DNA of 64,000 nucleotides from Mobula birostris (Eukaryota), in contig NC_092398.1 in assembly GCF_030028105.1 (NCBI RefSeq), forward strand, positions 11,654,600 to 11,718,599, in the 5' to 3' direction. Below are positions 36,020-49,074 of this stretch, one piece after another (the stretch's first letter is position 1; each line of letters opens with the position of its first letter). Made by a program: the position numbers and the translations under genes. Below the pieces are notes generated by a model. It had not been told where the DNA came from. It searched no databases and saw only the letters and a program-made list of their open reading frames with translations.

Positions 36020-39000
36020 ATGTTTAAGTTTGCTGACAACACCACCATCTTTGCCGAATCAAAGGTGGTGATGAATTAGCATATAGGAGGGAGATTGAAA
36101 ATCCGGCTGAGTGGTGGCACAATAACCTCTCACTCAACATCAGCAAGACCAAGGAGATGATTATTGACTTCTAGAGGAGCAAAACAGGAGGTCCATGAGC
36201 CAGTCCTCATTGGGGGATCAGAGGTGGAGAGGGTCAGCAACCTTAAATTTCTTAGTGTTATCATTTCAGAAGCTCTGTCCTGGATCCAACATGTAAGTGC
36301 CTCTAATTTCTTAGAAATTTGTGAAGATTAGGCATGCCATCTAAAACTTTGGCAAACTGCTATACATGTGTGGTAGAGAGTATGTAGAATGTCTGAGAGA
36401 TGGCTTTTTAGAACAGCTTGTTGTTGAGCCCACTAGGGGATCGGCTGTACTGGATTGGGTATTGTGTAATGAACCGGAGGTGATTGGAGAGATTGAGGTG
36501 AAGGAACCCTTAGGAGGCAGTGATCATAACATGATTGAGTTCACTGTGAAATTAGAAAAAGAGAAGCCGAAATCTGATGTGTCGGTGTTTCAGTGGAGTA
36601 AAGGAAACTACAGTGGCATGAGAGAGGAACTGGCCAAAGTTGACTGGAAAGAGACACTGGCGGGAAAGACGGCACAGCAGCAGTGGCTGGAGTTTATGCG
36701 AGAAATGAAGAATGTGCAAGACAGGTATATTCCAAAAAAGAAGAAATTTTCGAGTGGAAAAAGGATGCAACGGTGGTTGACAAGAGAAGTCAAAGCCAAA
36801 GTTAAAGCTAAGGAGAGGGCATACAAGGAAGCAAAAATTAGTGGGAAGACAGAGGATTGGGAAGTCTTTAAAACCTTACAAAAGGAAACCAAGAAGGTCA
36901 TTAAGAGAGAAAAGATTAACTATGAAAGGAAACTAGCAAATAATATCGAAGAGGATACTAAAAGCTTTTTCAAGTATATAAAGAGTGAAAGACAGGTGAG
37001 AGTAGATATAGGACCGATAGAAAATGATACTGGAAAAATTGTAATGGGAGATGAGGAGATGGCAGAGGAACTGAACAAGTATTTTGCATCAGTCTTCACT
37101 GAGGAAGACAGCAGGATACCGGACACTCAAGGGTGGCAGGGAAGAGAAGTGAGCGCAGTCACAATTACGACAGAGAAAGTACTCAGGAAGCTGAATAGGC
37201 TAAAGGTTGATAAATCTCCTGGACCAGATGGAATGCACCCTCGTGTTCTGAAGGAAGTAGCTGTGGAGATTGCGGAGGCATTAGCAATGATCTTTCAGAA
37301 GTCGATAGATTCTGGCATGGTTCCGGAGGACTGGAAGATTGCAAATGTCACTCTGCTATGTAAGAAGGGGGCAAGGAAGCAAAAAGGAAATTATAGACCA
37401 GTTAGCTTGACGTCGGTGGTTGGGAAGTTGTTGGAGTCGATTGTCAAGGATGAGGTTACAGAGTACCTGGAGGCATATGACAAGATGGGCAGAACTCGGC
37501 ATGGATTCCTTAAAGGAAAATCCTGCCTGACAAACCTATTACAATTTTTTGAGGAAATTACCAGTAGGCTAGACAAGGGAGATGCCGTGGATGTTGTATA
37601 TTTGGATTTTCAGAAGGCCTTTGACAAGGTACCACACATGAGGCTGCTTAACAAGATAAGAGCCCATGGAATTACAGGAAAGTTACATACGTGGATAGAG
37701 CGTTGGCTGATTGGCAGGAAACAGAGAGTGGGAATAAAGGGATCCTATTCTGGTTGGCTGCCGGTTACCAGTGGTGTTCCACAGGGATCAATGCTGGGGC
37801 CGCTTCTTTTTACATTGTACATCAATGATTTGGATTATGGAATAGATGGCTTTGTGGCTAAGTTTGCTGACGATACGAAGATAGGTGGAGGGGCCAGTAG
37901 TGCTGAGGAAACGGAGAGTCTGCAGAGACTTGGATAGATTGGAAGAATGGGCAGAGAAGTGGCAAATGAAGTACAATGTTGGAAAGTGTATGGTTATGCA
38001 CTTTGGCAGAAAAAATAAACAGGCAGACTATTATTTAAATAGGGAAAGAATTCAAAGTTCTGAGATGCAACGGGACTTGGGAGTCCTCGTACAGGATTCC
38101 CTTAAAGTTAACCTCCAGGTTGAGTCAGTAGTGAAGAAGGCGAATGCAATGTTGGCATTCATTTCTAGAGGAATAGAGTATAGGAGCAGGGATGTGATGT
38201 TGAGGCTCTATAAGGCGCTGGTGAGACCTCACTTGGAGTACTGTGGGCAGTTTTGGTCTCCTTATTTAAGAAAGGATGTGCTGACGTTGGAGAAGGTACA
38301 GAGAAGATTCACTAGAATGATTCCGGGAATGAGAGGGTTAACATATGAGGAACGTTTGTCTGCTCTTGGACTGTATTCCTTGGAGTTTAGAAGAATGAGG
38401 GGAGACCTCATAGAAACATTTCGAATGTTAAAAGGCATGGACAGAGTGGATGTGGCAAAGTTGTTTCCCATGATGGGGGAGTCTAGTACGAGAGGGTATG
38501 ATTTCAGGATTGAAGGGCGCCCTTTCAGAACAGAAATACGAAAAAATTTTTTTAGTCAGAGGGTGGTGAATCTATGGAATTGTTGCCACGGGCAGCAGTG
38601 GAGGCCAAGTCATTGGGTGTCTTTAAGGCAGAGATTGATAGGTATCTGAGTAGCCAGGGCATCAAAGGTTATGGTGAGAAGGCGGGGCAGTGGGACTAAA
38701 TAGGATAAAATGGATCAGCTCATGATAAAATGGCAGAGCAGACTCGATGGGCCGAATGGCCTACTTCTGCTCCTTTGTCTTATGGTCTTATGGTCTTATG
38801 TTGATTGGTTGCATCACAGCTAGGTATGAAAGCACCAAAGTCCTTGTACAGAAATGCCTGCAAAACGTAGTGGACATGGCTCAATCAATCAAGGGTAAAG
38901 CCCTTCCCACCATTGAGCACATCTACACAAAGTGCAGTTGCAGGAAGGCAGCATCCATCATCAAGGATCCCCCGTCATCCACACCATGCTTTCTTCTCAC

Positions 39001-39355
39001 TGCTGCCATCAGGAAGAAGGTCCAAGAGCCTCAGGACCCACACCATCAGGTCCAGTAACAGCCTCAACCATCAGAGGGGATAACTTCACTCAACTTCATT
39101 CACCCCATCACTGAACTGTTCCCATAACCCATGGACTCACTTTCAAGAAATCTATTTATTTATTATTATTCTTTCTTTTTGTATTTGCACAGTTTTTTTA
39201 CACAGTGGCTGTTGTCCTCCCTGTTGGATGTGATCTTTCACTGATTTGGTTGTGTTTCGTGTATTTACTGTGAATGCCTGCAAGAAAACGAACCTCAGGG
39301 TTGTATATGGTGACATATTTGTACTTCAATATTCAATTTACTCTGAAATTTGAGT
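36020..39355 (+). mobile_element. Rex1/Babar LINE 3' remnant split by the CR1
   Basis: KFADNTT...NLSLNISKTKEMIIDF before the CR1; LIGCITA...KAASIIKDP resumes at 38801. Confidence 0.75.
36380..38800 (+). mobile_element. Young 5'-truncated CR1 LINE (endonuclease end and RT) inserted into a Rex1/Babar remnant
   Basis: 523 aa and 254 aa ORFs with one frameshift (SDHNMI, YLDFQKAFDKV, GVPQGS, FADDTK); (TTATGGTC)n tail. Confidence 0.93.
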
Positions 39356-41680
39356 TTGACAATGCTTCCATGGAGCTATGCATTACAATAGGAGACATTT
39401 CTGAATACTGGACCGGGACAAAGTAATTCATAAGGATGGTCTAAAATCTTCAGAGGATAAAGAACACAGACACTAAAATTAATGACTCTGAGCATACAAA
39501 TATCCCAATTATTAATGAAGCAAAGAGACCTGTGACCATATTTGATGTGCTAAATGACAATATCAGTCTGGTCTGCAAACTTCCTTGAATATAGACACAA
39601 TGGTTTAAAATAACTTAGCCAGTGTTGATTGGTTTAATGTAGGCAACAATGGATAAGTAATTTAAAAAGCTGCAAAAAAGACTAAGTTCTAATTGCATAA
39701 TCAATAGCATTATGAATGTTTGATCCCAGTTATCCCTAAAGGGTAATCTTTAGAAATTAATATGATCATTGGGATAAGCTGGAAGAATCCTAGCTTTTTA
39801 TATCATGATCACATTGAACTGATGGTCAATTAAGAAAACTTGGGAGAAAGAGAGGAAAACGCTCTTTAGATTACCCATATAACCTGGTGCAGAGAATTGT
39901 AAGATTTTTATACTGTTCTGTAATGTGTTATCTGAAAAGGAAGTAGAAACAGATTGAAAATAATTTTCAAAAGAGAATTGGAGAAACACTTGGAGAGAAA
40001 ATTTTGATGTCCAAAGGAAGAATTAATTGAATAAATCTATGCTATAAAGTTCAATGATAAAATGTGGACTTTCAACTCTTAAATTGTTTAAATAATTTAT
40101 CATCTGTTGATAAGTATATAATCAGTCTCTCTATCACTTTCTCTCTAAAATATGTTAGATGGAGTAATAAAACAACAAACAGATCTATTAAAGAGGTGGA
40201 GCATTTGTTCCAGTGCACTTACTGCCAGGCAAACAATCCATTCAAGCCAATTTAGTACCAGCAATGCAAATCAAATATATGAAGAACAAATGGTCATTTG
40301 GTACAATTTTTAAAGAAGACACCCCAATATTAGAGTAACACACACGAGATGCTGGAGGAATTCAACAGGTCAGGCAACATCTATGAAAAGGAATAAACAG
40401 TTGACGTTTCACGCTGAAACCCTTTGTCAGGATTTGAAAGGAAGAGGGCAGTAGGGGAAGGGAAGGAGAACAAACTGATAGTTGATAGGTGAAACCAGGT
40501 GAGGGAAAGGTGGCTGGAATGAAGTGAGAAGCTGGAAGGTGACAGGTGGGAGAAGTAAAGGGCTGAAGAAGAAGGAATATGATAGGAGAGAATGAAAGAA
40601 AGAGGAGAAGGGGGGGCACTGGAGGAAGGTGTTGGGCAGGTGAGCAGAAAAGAATTGATGAGAGGAAAACCCAGAATGGGGTAAGGGGGAGGGTGGAGAA
40701 ATTACCAGGTCAGAGAAATTGATGTTCATGCCATTAGGTTGGAGGCTACACAGATAAAACATGAGGTGTTGATCCTCCAACCCCAATACTGGATATTTGT
40801 ATTACATAAATACACTGTATGGATATAGGATAGCAATGGAGATAGGAGAAAACCTGCAGAATCTTATTCTACACTTTGAGTATAGTATAAACACTGTGTG
40901 AAATTTTCTTTGCCCATTGTCTCAAAGTATGTTCAAAAACTATGTCAAAGAAGTACAAACAGTAAGTATGCACTCATGGTGGAGATGAAATGACATAATA
41001 GTGCAATAGACAACTACTCCAAGTCTGTGTATTCATTCTAGGGCCCGGTAAGCATGAGTATATTTCTGTGGTGCTTGTTTCTGGAGAATATATGGCTTCA
41101 TTATGAATTATGTAGATGAATTCATTATTGGCTATTGTCATGCTGCCATTAAGAATGACTATCTAAACTAGTTAGTAATGTGCAGAACATAGAGTATCTG
41201 AGCAGGTATTTGGGGCTGTAAGTTATTTCACAGGAACCTCCAACAAACTAGCAAATGATCTCTTTGTGATTATTTTCAGTTTTCAATCTCTATTATAGAA
41301 AACTTCATTTAGTTGTGATCCTGAACCAACACCAGATATTAATTATGGTTTGCTTATAAAACTGTAAAAATCAAAAAACAAAACGTTTACGTGCCCAAGT
41401 CAAGTAATAGTAAATGTATCAATCTCCCTGTTTTCAGGTTTTGTCTATTACAGTGCAATTCTCCATCCAACTTTAGTTTACCAATAGTTTTCTTTCACAA
41501 AAACAGTGTTTTCTTTAGAATATTGTGTTCAAGAAATGCACAGTTTGTACTAGAAGAAATTTTAAAAATCATTATGGTGAGGTGAACTAAGTACATTCGA
41601 CAATGGAAGTGCCAGTTGTTCTGTTCAATGGTACCATTCATTCCAAGCTGGCTATGTGTAGACACCACCATGGTTTAGAC

Positions 41681-41760
41681 CTGGGGTTCCCAACCTTTTT
41701 TATGCCATGGACCAATACCATTAAGAAAGGAGTCCATGGACCCCAGGTTGGAAACCCCTG
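41681..41760. mobile_element. 80-bp hAT MITE in SMPDL3B intron 3
   Basis: Same family; TSD gtttagac/ggctagac. Confidence 0.85.
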
Positions 41761-41810
41761 GGCTAGACAGTTACACTTAACATTCACTTAATGGTTTAGG
41801 GTTGACATAC

Positions 41811-41908
41811 CTGGAAACACCTCTCGTATAAGATGGGTCAAATTGCCAATTATACTCAGCACTGCATCCTCGCCAAGCTTTTCATCAGCAACATGTGGGG
41901 TGTCATCA
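41811..41908 (-). CDS. SMPDL3B: SMPDL3B exon 3
   Basis: ttcag| DDTPHVADEKLGEDAVLSIIGNLTHLIREVFP |GTATGT; completes the GDD motif; phases consistent. Confidence 0.95.
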
Positions 41909-42675
41909 CTGAATGTTTCAATAAGAATAACATAATTAATTATTATAAATAGCAGACCCACTTTCCTTGTGCACCCTATAACCTTAAGATTACAACTATG
42001 TTAGTTTAATATCCCGTAAAGTGGTTTAGCCATGTTAGTGATTATGACTTAAGCCTGAAAAAGGAAGTAGCAGAAATCTACCACAATGGCAGACACTCTG
42101 CATCATATTCTGTTAAAATTATTAGGAATGGTTCAATGTAAAATACCTTGGACAGAACCTAAAAGCAGAGAGGTCATGTTAAGCATATATCGATCCAATT
42201 CAAAACAAGTCTGGAGTACTGGAGTTCTCCATACTTACAAAGGGATGGTGAAGCACTGGAAAAAAATGCAATAAAGATTCACAGAGCTAATACCAGAAGT
42301 GAGAAAAAACATGACTGAAGTTACCTGATGGAGGTAATTAAAATTATGAAGAAATTAATAAGGTAAAGAAATTGTATAGAAGCTAATCACAAACAAGACA
42401 AAATCTTCAGATTGCTTGAATTTCCAGCATCTGCAGAATTCCTGTTGTTTGCGTTTAAAATCTTCAGATGTTGGAAATCAAGGTAACACACACAAAATGC
42501 TGGAGGAATCCAGCAGGCCCCGTCAGCATCTATGGAAAAGAGTAGTCAACGTTTTGGCCGAGACCCTTCATCAACACTGAAAAAAAAGAGTTCAGAAGTC
42601 TGAGTGAGATGGTGGGGAGAGGGGAGGAAGAAGTGTAGGTGATAGGTGAAACCAGGAGACGGGAAGGGGTGAAGT

Positions 42676-45667
42676 CAGGGGCATATCTACGGAAAATAGT
42701 GCCTATGGCAAGCACTGAAATTGCGCCCCTGTCCAAACATCTGACACTCACCTTTTAGATAACTTTACCATAATATCAGCTCAAAACTACAAGTCAAGCT
42801 CATTAATCTTTTAATTAACAAATTATGGCACTACATGAAAATTATAACTGCACCTTCCTTACTTTCACTGATGCAAATTGGTCTATGATGTGATCAAAGT
42901 CAGTTTTTTCAGTTTCTTCTCTTTCTACACTCAGAACAAGATCATAGGCTCTCAAATATGAAAGTATTAGTTTGAACTTGCTGAATGATCTCTCACAGCT
43001 GGCAATGGAAACTGCGAAGGTTTATCTGAATTGCAATGCGAAGATTGGGGAAGACGCTCTCATCTCCATACTGAACAATAAATTCAAGAAGCTCTTCAGA
43101 TCTTGATATTTTCATGTTGACCCACCTTGATAGCAACATTCTGCAATCCAAAATTTCTTCATATAGCTGCTGTCCATCAACATCAGAGCTGTACAATTCG
43201 CCCAAATTTTCACACTTCTTCTTTAGGTCGTTACTATCGGTGCCGTAACACAGCCCCTCGACATCCAGAAGGAACCCAAACTTGGCATCAGTGTTGTGCA
43301 AACAAGCGAACCTTTCGTCCATTTCTCTGTGAAGACGGTCGAGTGTTCCCTTCATGACTGTTTCCATTTCCTCCTTAGTTGTTATCCCAGCATCTCTCGA
43401 GTTCTCGTCAGCCATTCGTTTCTTTCGTCTCTGACATCTTTCAACTTCAATATTCCATTCTTGACAGAGACCAACTCCTTCTTCGAGTGACTCACTGACC
43501 AACACTTCTCTTTCATCATAAAAATGATCTTGGAGGGCTTTCAAATCCAGGGCAGCATCGTGGAAGTTCATGCTAGGATCCTGCAGCTTCTTTTGAATAT
43601 GGTCAATGCGAATGAGTACTTTGTTCCAAAATCCTAGCAAAACCAGAAAATCGTAACTCAACATGCCTTGTGTCACTTCTTGTTTCACTGGTCTCGTTTT
43701 CATTGTCTATCATGTCCTGGAGAACTTGAAGTATCTCCTCAAGGTACTTGTTGACGGGCTTCACTGCTTCTCTCCTTGCACTCCACCTGGTTTTGGACTC
43801 CGACTTAACAACCACAGGCATGGCGTTTTGGGTTTTTCCCAGTGCTGTGTTGAACGAGAGAAAAACATGTAGAGAGCTTCAATGGTTCCAAAAAATGTGA
43901 CCATCATTGTATCCTGCTTGACTGCATGTACACCCACCAAGTTGAGTGAGTGATTGTCGCAATTCACAAACACTGCCAGGTTGTTTTTCTCACTTATTCT
44001 TTGATGAACACCACTTCTGTGTCCAGCCATCACAGCAGCGTTGTCATAGCACTGTGACCAACAATCTTGTGGCTCGATATCTTCCCTCTCTAGCTGTTTC
44101 AAGATGTCTTCAACCAAGCTCTCAGCATCCTTCTGGCTTATCTCGATAAAACCAAGAAAGGACTCTCTAACACGGACTGCTTTCCTTGCAAAATCAACTT
44201 CCACATACCTCACTACTTCTGACATCTGCTCAGTGTGCCTGATCAGGAGTCGAGTTGAACATGAGACCATAGTACTTGGCTTTATGAATGCTTCTCAGTA
44301 AACTCTGGCGAACAGTGGATGCCATCATGTGGATGAATTCATTCTGGACACTTGGTGAAAGTTAAGACGTGGATCCAGGGTGACTTTCCAAATGAGTGAG
44401 GTGTTTTTTTATGACAGGGTCAAAGATGGCCAGTAGCTTCAGTAAGCCAAGGAAATTTCCCACATCGTCTAGCTGAAGTGACTCCCTGTGTCCTCGCAAA
44501 GCCAGGTTCTGAGTCGCAAGGAATTTTATACAGTGAAGGATTCTCGTCAAGATATCGCGCCACTTCTGCTTTTCCTTCTCAAACTGTGACTGAAATACCA
44601 CGTCAATAACTCCTCTGTTTCCAGCTAAATTTCTTTCCATTTCTTTCCACTGTGTGAAGCTTTCCCGATGATTCTTGGCATTTTCATGAACACTAATCCT
44701 TTCAGGTGCTTTCCACTGGTTGAATCCACTTTCCTGCTCCAATGAGGGTTGATGGTCTGACTGGGAATAGAGAAGACAACAGATACAAAATGCAGACTTT
44801 TTAGAAGGGGAATAGACCAGCCATGAGCGAGTCACTTCCTCACCATGACCATTTCCCAATTTCCTCTTGAACCAAGTTTTGTTCATTGAGCGGTTATTTG
44901 TTGGTAGGAAAGGCCCCTCTGCTCTGGAAATACTTCGAATCTAGCTTTATTATTTCTGTTCTCAACGCATCAGGCAGAATTGCTTTTCCAGTATCCTTGT
45001 CGAACTTCAGAAGTCCAATGTCATGCTGTTTAATCACTTCTGGTATGACAGTTCAAGGCTCTTTGACATCAACCAGTTCATTAGGTTCAGTGTTGTCAGG
45101 TTTAATCCCGTCAGGTAAAATCTCATCAATAAATTCAACATCACCACCACCACCATCGTCTTCCCCTCCTGTCATGTTCACGTTCTCTGTGGCTGCCTCA
45201 CTCTTAATCTCGTTATACTTGTTTATCTGACCTGATTTCCTCCTCGGCTTGTGACGCATTTGTACATGATCCACCTTCGGATTCTAACAAACTTGTAGCA
45301 GGTGCAGGTGACTCCATGGAACGTGTCGAACTAATTGTTTCAGGCTTTTCAAAGAAGGGCATGAAGAACTTGCTCGACTTCTTGGCTTCCTCCACCTCCA
45401 ACTTTCGTCTCTTCCGTCCTTCAGCTCCACTTTCCTTCTTCTTCATGAAGAAACGTTTCATGGTCTTCTTACACAATGCTCTGAAACAAGGCCATCCTAG
45501 TGCTTCTTACCCATGATAATCAATGACATATCATACATCTAAAGAAAATTCGTTCTTCACTATCCGAGGATGGCATGTCTGACTTTAATAGAATTTGTCA
45601 GTGGCGTCCCCCTTCAAGTGGCACCCAGGGCATGTGCCATACCTGCAATACCTTAGATACGCCACTG
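42676..45667 (-). mobile_element. hAT-superfamily (Tip100/ZMYM1-like) DNA transposon, full length, frameshifted transposase
   Basis: TIRs CAGGGGCATATCTA / CAGTGGCGTATCTA; 8-bp TSD ggtgaagt / tgtgaagt; TTF zinc finger (WLVYS...FCICCLL), DUF4371-type ALRGH/GNF, QCYDNAAVM, CxxH, TRWS, hAT dimerisation end (FPNL...CERSFS). Confidence 0.93.
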
Positions 45668-47823
45668 TGTGAAGTAAAGGGGAGAAGTCGATTGTGAAAG
45701 AGATAAAGGGCTGGAGAAGGGGGAATCTGATAGGAGAGGATAGAACACCATGGAAGTAAGGAAAGGAGGAAGAGCACCAGAGGTAGGGGGCAGTTACAGA
45801 AAGCTAAAGAAATTGAAGTTCATGCCATCAGGTTGGAAGCTACCCAGACGTAATATAAGCTGTTGCTCATCCAACCTGAGTGTGGCCTCATCGCAGCAGT
45901 AGAGGAGGCCATGGAATAACATGTCAGAATGCGAATAGGAGATAAAATTGAAATGGGTGGCCACTGGGAGATCTCGCTTTTTCTGGGGGACAGTGGATGC
46001 TCAGCAAAGTGGTCTCCCAATCTACTCTTTGTACATGGGGTCTCACCTATGTACAGGAGGCCACACCGGGAGCACCAGATGTAGTAGATGACCCCCCCCC
46101 ACAGATATCTGCATACTTTGACTCATTCTTATCCCCCTCTTCCCCTGATTTAGTCCCTTCTTACTTACATCCATGAAATTTCACACACTCTTCACCTTTT
46201 CAATGACTTCAAATTCATTGGCCCTGGTCATCTCATTTTCACTATAGATATCTAGTCTCCATACACCTCCATCTCTTATCAGGAAGGTCTCAAAGCCCTC
46301 CATTTTTTTCTGGACACCAGACCTAACCAGTTCCCCTTCACCACCACTCTCCTCCATCTGGCAGAACTGGTCTTCACTCTTAATAATCTCTCCTTTGGCT
46401 CCTCCCACTTCATTTAAACAAAGGGTGTAGCCATGGGCACTCACATGGAACCCAGCTATGCCTACCTTTTTTTTTGGCTACATGGAACAGTCTATGATCC
46501 AAGCCTATACCGGTATCACTCCCCAACTTTTCTACACTACGTCGACAACTGCATTGGTGCTGCTTCCTGCACCCATGCTGAGCTCATCGACTTCATGAAC
46601 TTTGCCTCCAATTTCCACCCTGCCCTCAAATTTACCTGGACCATTTCTAACACCTCTCTCCCTTTTCTCAGTTTCTCTGTCTTTATCTCTGGAGACAGTT
46701 TATACACTGACATCTTTTTTCAAAACCCACTGATTCTCACAGCTACCTGGACTATACCTCTTCCCACCCTGTCACTTGTAAAAATGCCATCCCCTTATTT
46801 CAATTCCTTTGTCTCTACCACATCTGCTCTCAGGATGAGGCTTTTCATTCCAAACCTACTGAGGTGTCCTCCTTCTTCAAAGAAAGCATCTTTCCTTCCT
46901 TCATCATCAACACTGCTCTTACCCACATCTTTTCCATTTCACCTAAGTCTGCCCTCATCTCACCCACCACCACCCCACCAGAGTTAGGGTTCCTCTTATC
47001 CTAACCTACCACCCCACCAACCTCTGCATCCAGCACATAATTCTCTGTAACATCTTCACGGGATCCCACCACCAAACACATCTTTTCCTCCCCCCCCCCC
47101 GGCACTTTCTGCAGGGATCACTCCTTATGCGAGTCCCTTGTCCATTCATCCCTCCTGGTACCTATCCTTACAGGTGGAACAAGTACCATAGCTCCCCCTA
47201 CACCTCCTCCCTCACTACCATCCAGGGCCCAAACAGACCTTTCAGGTGAGACAATACTTTACCTGCGAGTCTGTTGAGGTCAAATACTATATCCGGTGCT
47301 CCTGGTGTGGCCTCTCGTATATCAGTGAGATCTGACGTAGATTGGGAGACTGCTTCACCGAGCATCTACGCTCTGCCTATCAGAAAAAGTGGGATCTCCC
47401 AGTGGTCATCCACTTCAATTCTACTTCCCATTCCGACATGTCAGTCCACTGCTGCGATGAGGCCACACTCAGGTGGGAGGAGCAACACCTTAAATTCCAT
47501 CTGGGTAGCCTCCACCTTAATGGCATCAACATCGATTTTTCGGACTTCCAGTAATTGCACCCCCTCCTCTACATTCCCCATTCCCATTTTCCTCTCTCAC
47601 CGTATCTCCTTCCCTGCCCATCACCTCCCTCTGGTGCTCCTCCCCTTTCCCTTTCTTCCATGGCCTTCTATCCTCTCCTATCAGATTCCCACTTCTCGAG
47701 CCCTTTATCTCCTTCACCAATCAACTTCCCAGCTCTTTGCTTCACCTCTTCCCCTCCTCTGGTTTCACCTAACATCTACCACCTTGTATTTCTTCTTCCC
47801 CCACCTTCTCATCCTTTATTTCC

Positions 47824-47859
47824 AGTTCTGATGAAGGATCTCGGCCTGAAACGTTGACC
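47824..47859 (+). ncRNA. Minimal hammerhead ribozyme in an older Penelope copy
   Basis: AGTT CTGATGA AGG ATCTCGG CCT GAAA CG TT GACC. Confidence 0.6.
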
Positions 47860-48573
47860 CTTTTCCATAGACGCTGTCTGACCTGCTGAGTTCCTCTAGC
47901 ATACTTAGTTGGCTTCATTGAATGGTTGCATCAACTGAATGCCCAACACAAAACTAATGCCAAATTTCAGCTAGTTGACAAAGAAAGAAACTCAAGGATC
48001 TGCTCAGAGCTTCCTTGGAAAAATCACTTGTCCATGACTCTCCAAAGTGGAGATGGAGTATTCAAGATGATATTGAGAACTTTATGTTCACGCTTTGGGA
48101 ACATACAGAAACCCTGAATAAGTGACAGAAAGATTATGCTACTTCATAAACTACCCACTTGCCTGTCCCAACTGGGGGTAAATCCTGCCATTTCCACATT
48201 AGCCTCATTGGTCATCTTACAACCCACAGAATTCTAGTGGAAGCAAGTCATCCTTATTATCAAAGGACTGCTCTATGTTATCACACTCCAAATATATAAA
48301 TACAAGTCTAGCAGATGTTGGAAATCATTAGTTAGATGATGATTAAAGCTTATCAACATGAACTTCCTCTCTCCATGGTTGCTGCCTGATCTGCTGAGTA
48401 TTTTCAACATTTTTGGTTCCTATTTCAATATTTAATGTTTACAGCCCACTATCACACATTAGCACCACCCCCTTAATTATAGTAACTGTTGGTAATCATT
48501 AGGCAATCTCAGTTGTATTGATTTTGTAATCTAGCTGTTAAATTCTGCTTTCTGCAGATAGTTAAATACTTAC

Positions 48574-48784
48574 CCTGTCCAAAGAATGAAATCTGGTCGA
48601 GGATGAAGCTCTCTCATGGTATAAATGGACAGATTGATAAGGTCCCAGTTGGAATCACAGAAGTAGCTGCCCCACTTCCCTGGGTTTGGTACAGGTTTAG
48701 AAGATGAAGGGCAAACAGCATTTGGGTTATCTGTAACACTATAATCTGGATCCCAATGAAGATCTGTGATATGCCAGAAGTAAC
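48574..48784 (-). CDS. SMPDL3B: SMPDL3B exon 2
   Basis: tttcag| GYFWHITDLHWDPDY...WGSYFCDSNW...PDFILWTG |GTAAGT; metallophosphoesterase DxH motif. Confidence 0.95.
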
Positions 48785-48853
48785 CTGAAATAAATATGTA
48801 GATTGGATGAATGTTTGCCTCTCACTTCCTCAGACGCAGTAATTCAATACAAT

Positions 48854-49008
48854 CAACACACATAAAAGTTGCTGGTGGATGCAGCAGGCCAGGCAGCATC
48901 TCTAGGAAGAGGTACAGGTGCTGCTTGGCCTGCTGCGTTCACCAGCAACTTTTATGTGTGTTGCTTGAAATTCCAAAATCTGCAGATTTCCTCGTGTTTG
49001 GGACTTTT
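48854..49008. mobile_element. Fold-back mini Penelope remnant
   Basis: ~45 bp inverted arms of the Penelope terminus, a one-sided tail, and aatacaat flanking duplication. Confidence 0.8.
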
Positions 49009-49074
49009 AATACAATAATGGGTTTGCAAATGGGGTGATTTCAATCTTTGATATCTATTAATATATTTTTATAT

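Larger units (their letters stand above)
42387..47905. mobile_element. Second, older head-to-head Penelope-like insertion (minus arm ~42387-46095 interrupted by the hAT; plus arm ~46100-47905)
   Basis: Plus arm encodes decayed RT (GVAMGTHMEP, HYVDNCIGAASC) and GIY-YIG C-terminus; minus arm repeats the GIY-YIG end and terminal repeat; boundaries approximate. Confidence 0.85.

Noticed and set aside
42993-45476. Domesticated ZMYM1/ZBED-like host gene
   Set aside because: Multiple frameshifts and stops with TIRs and TSD retained indicate a decayed transposon.
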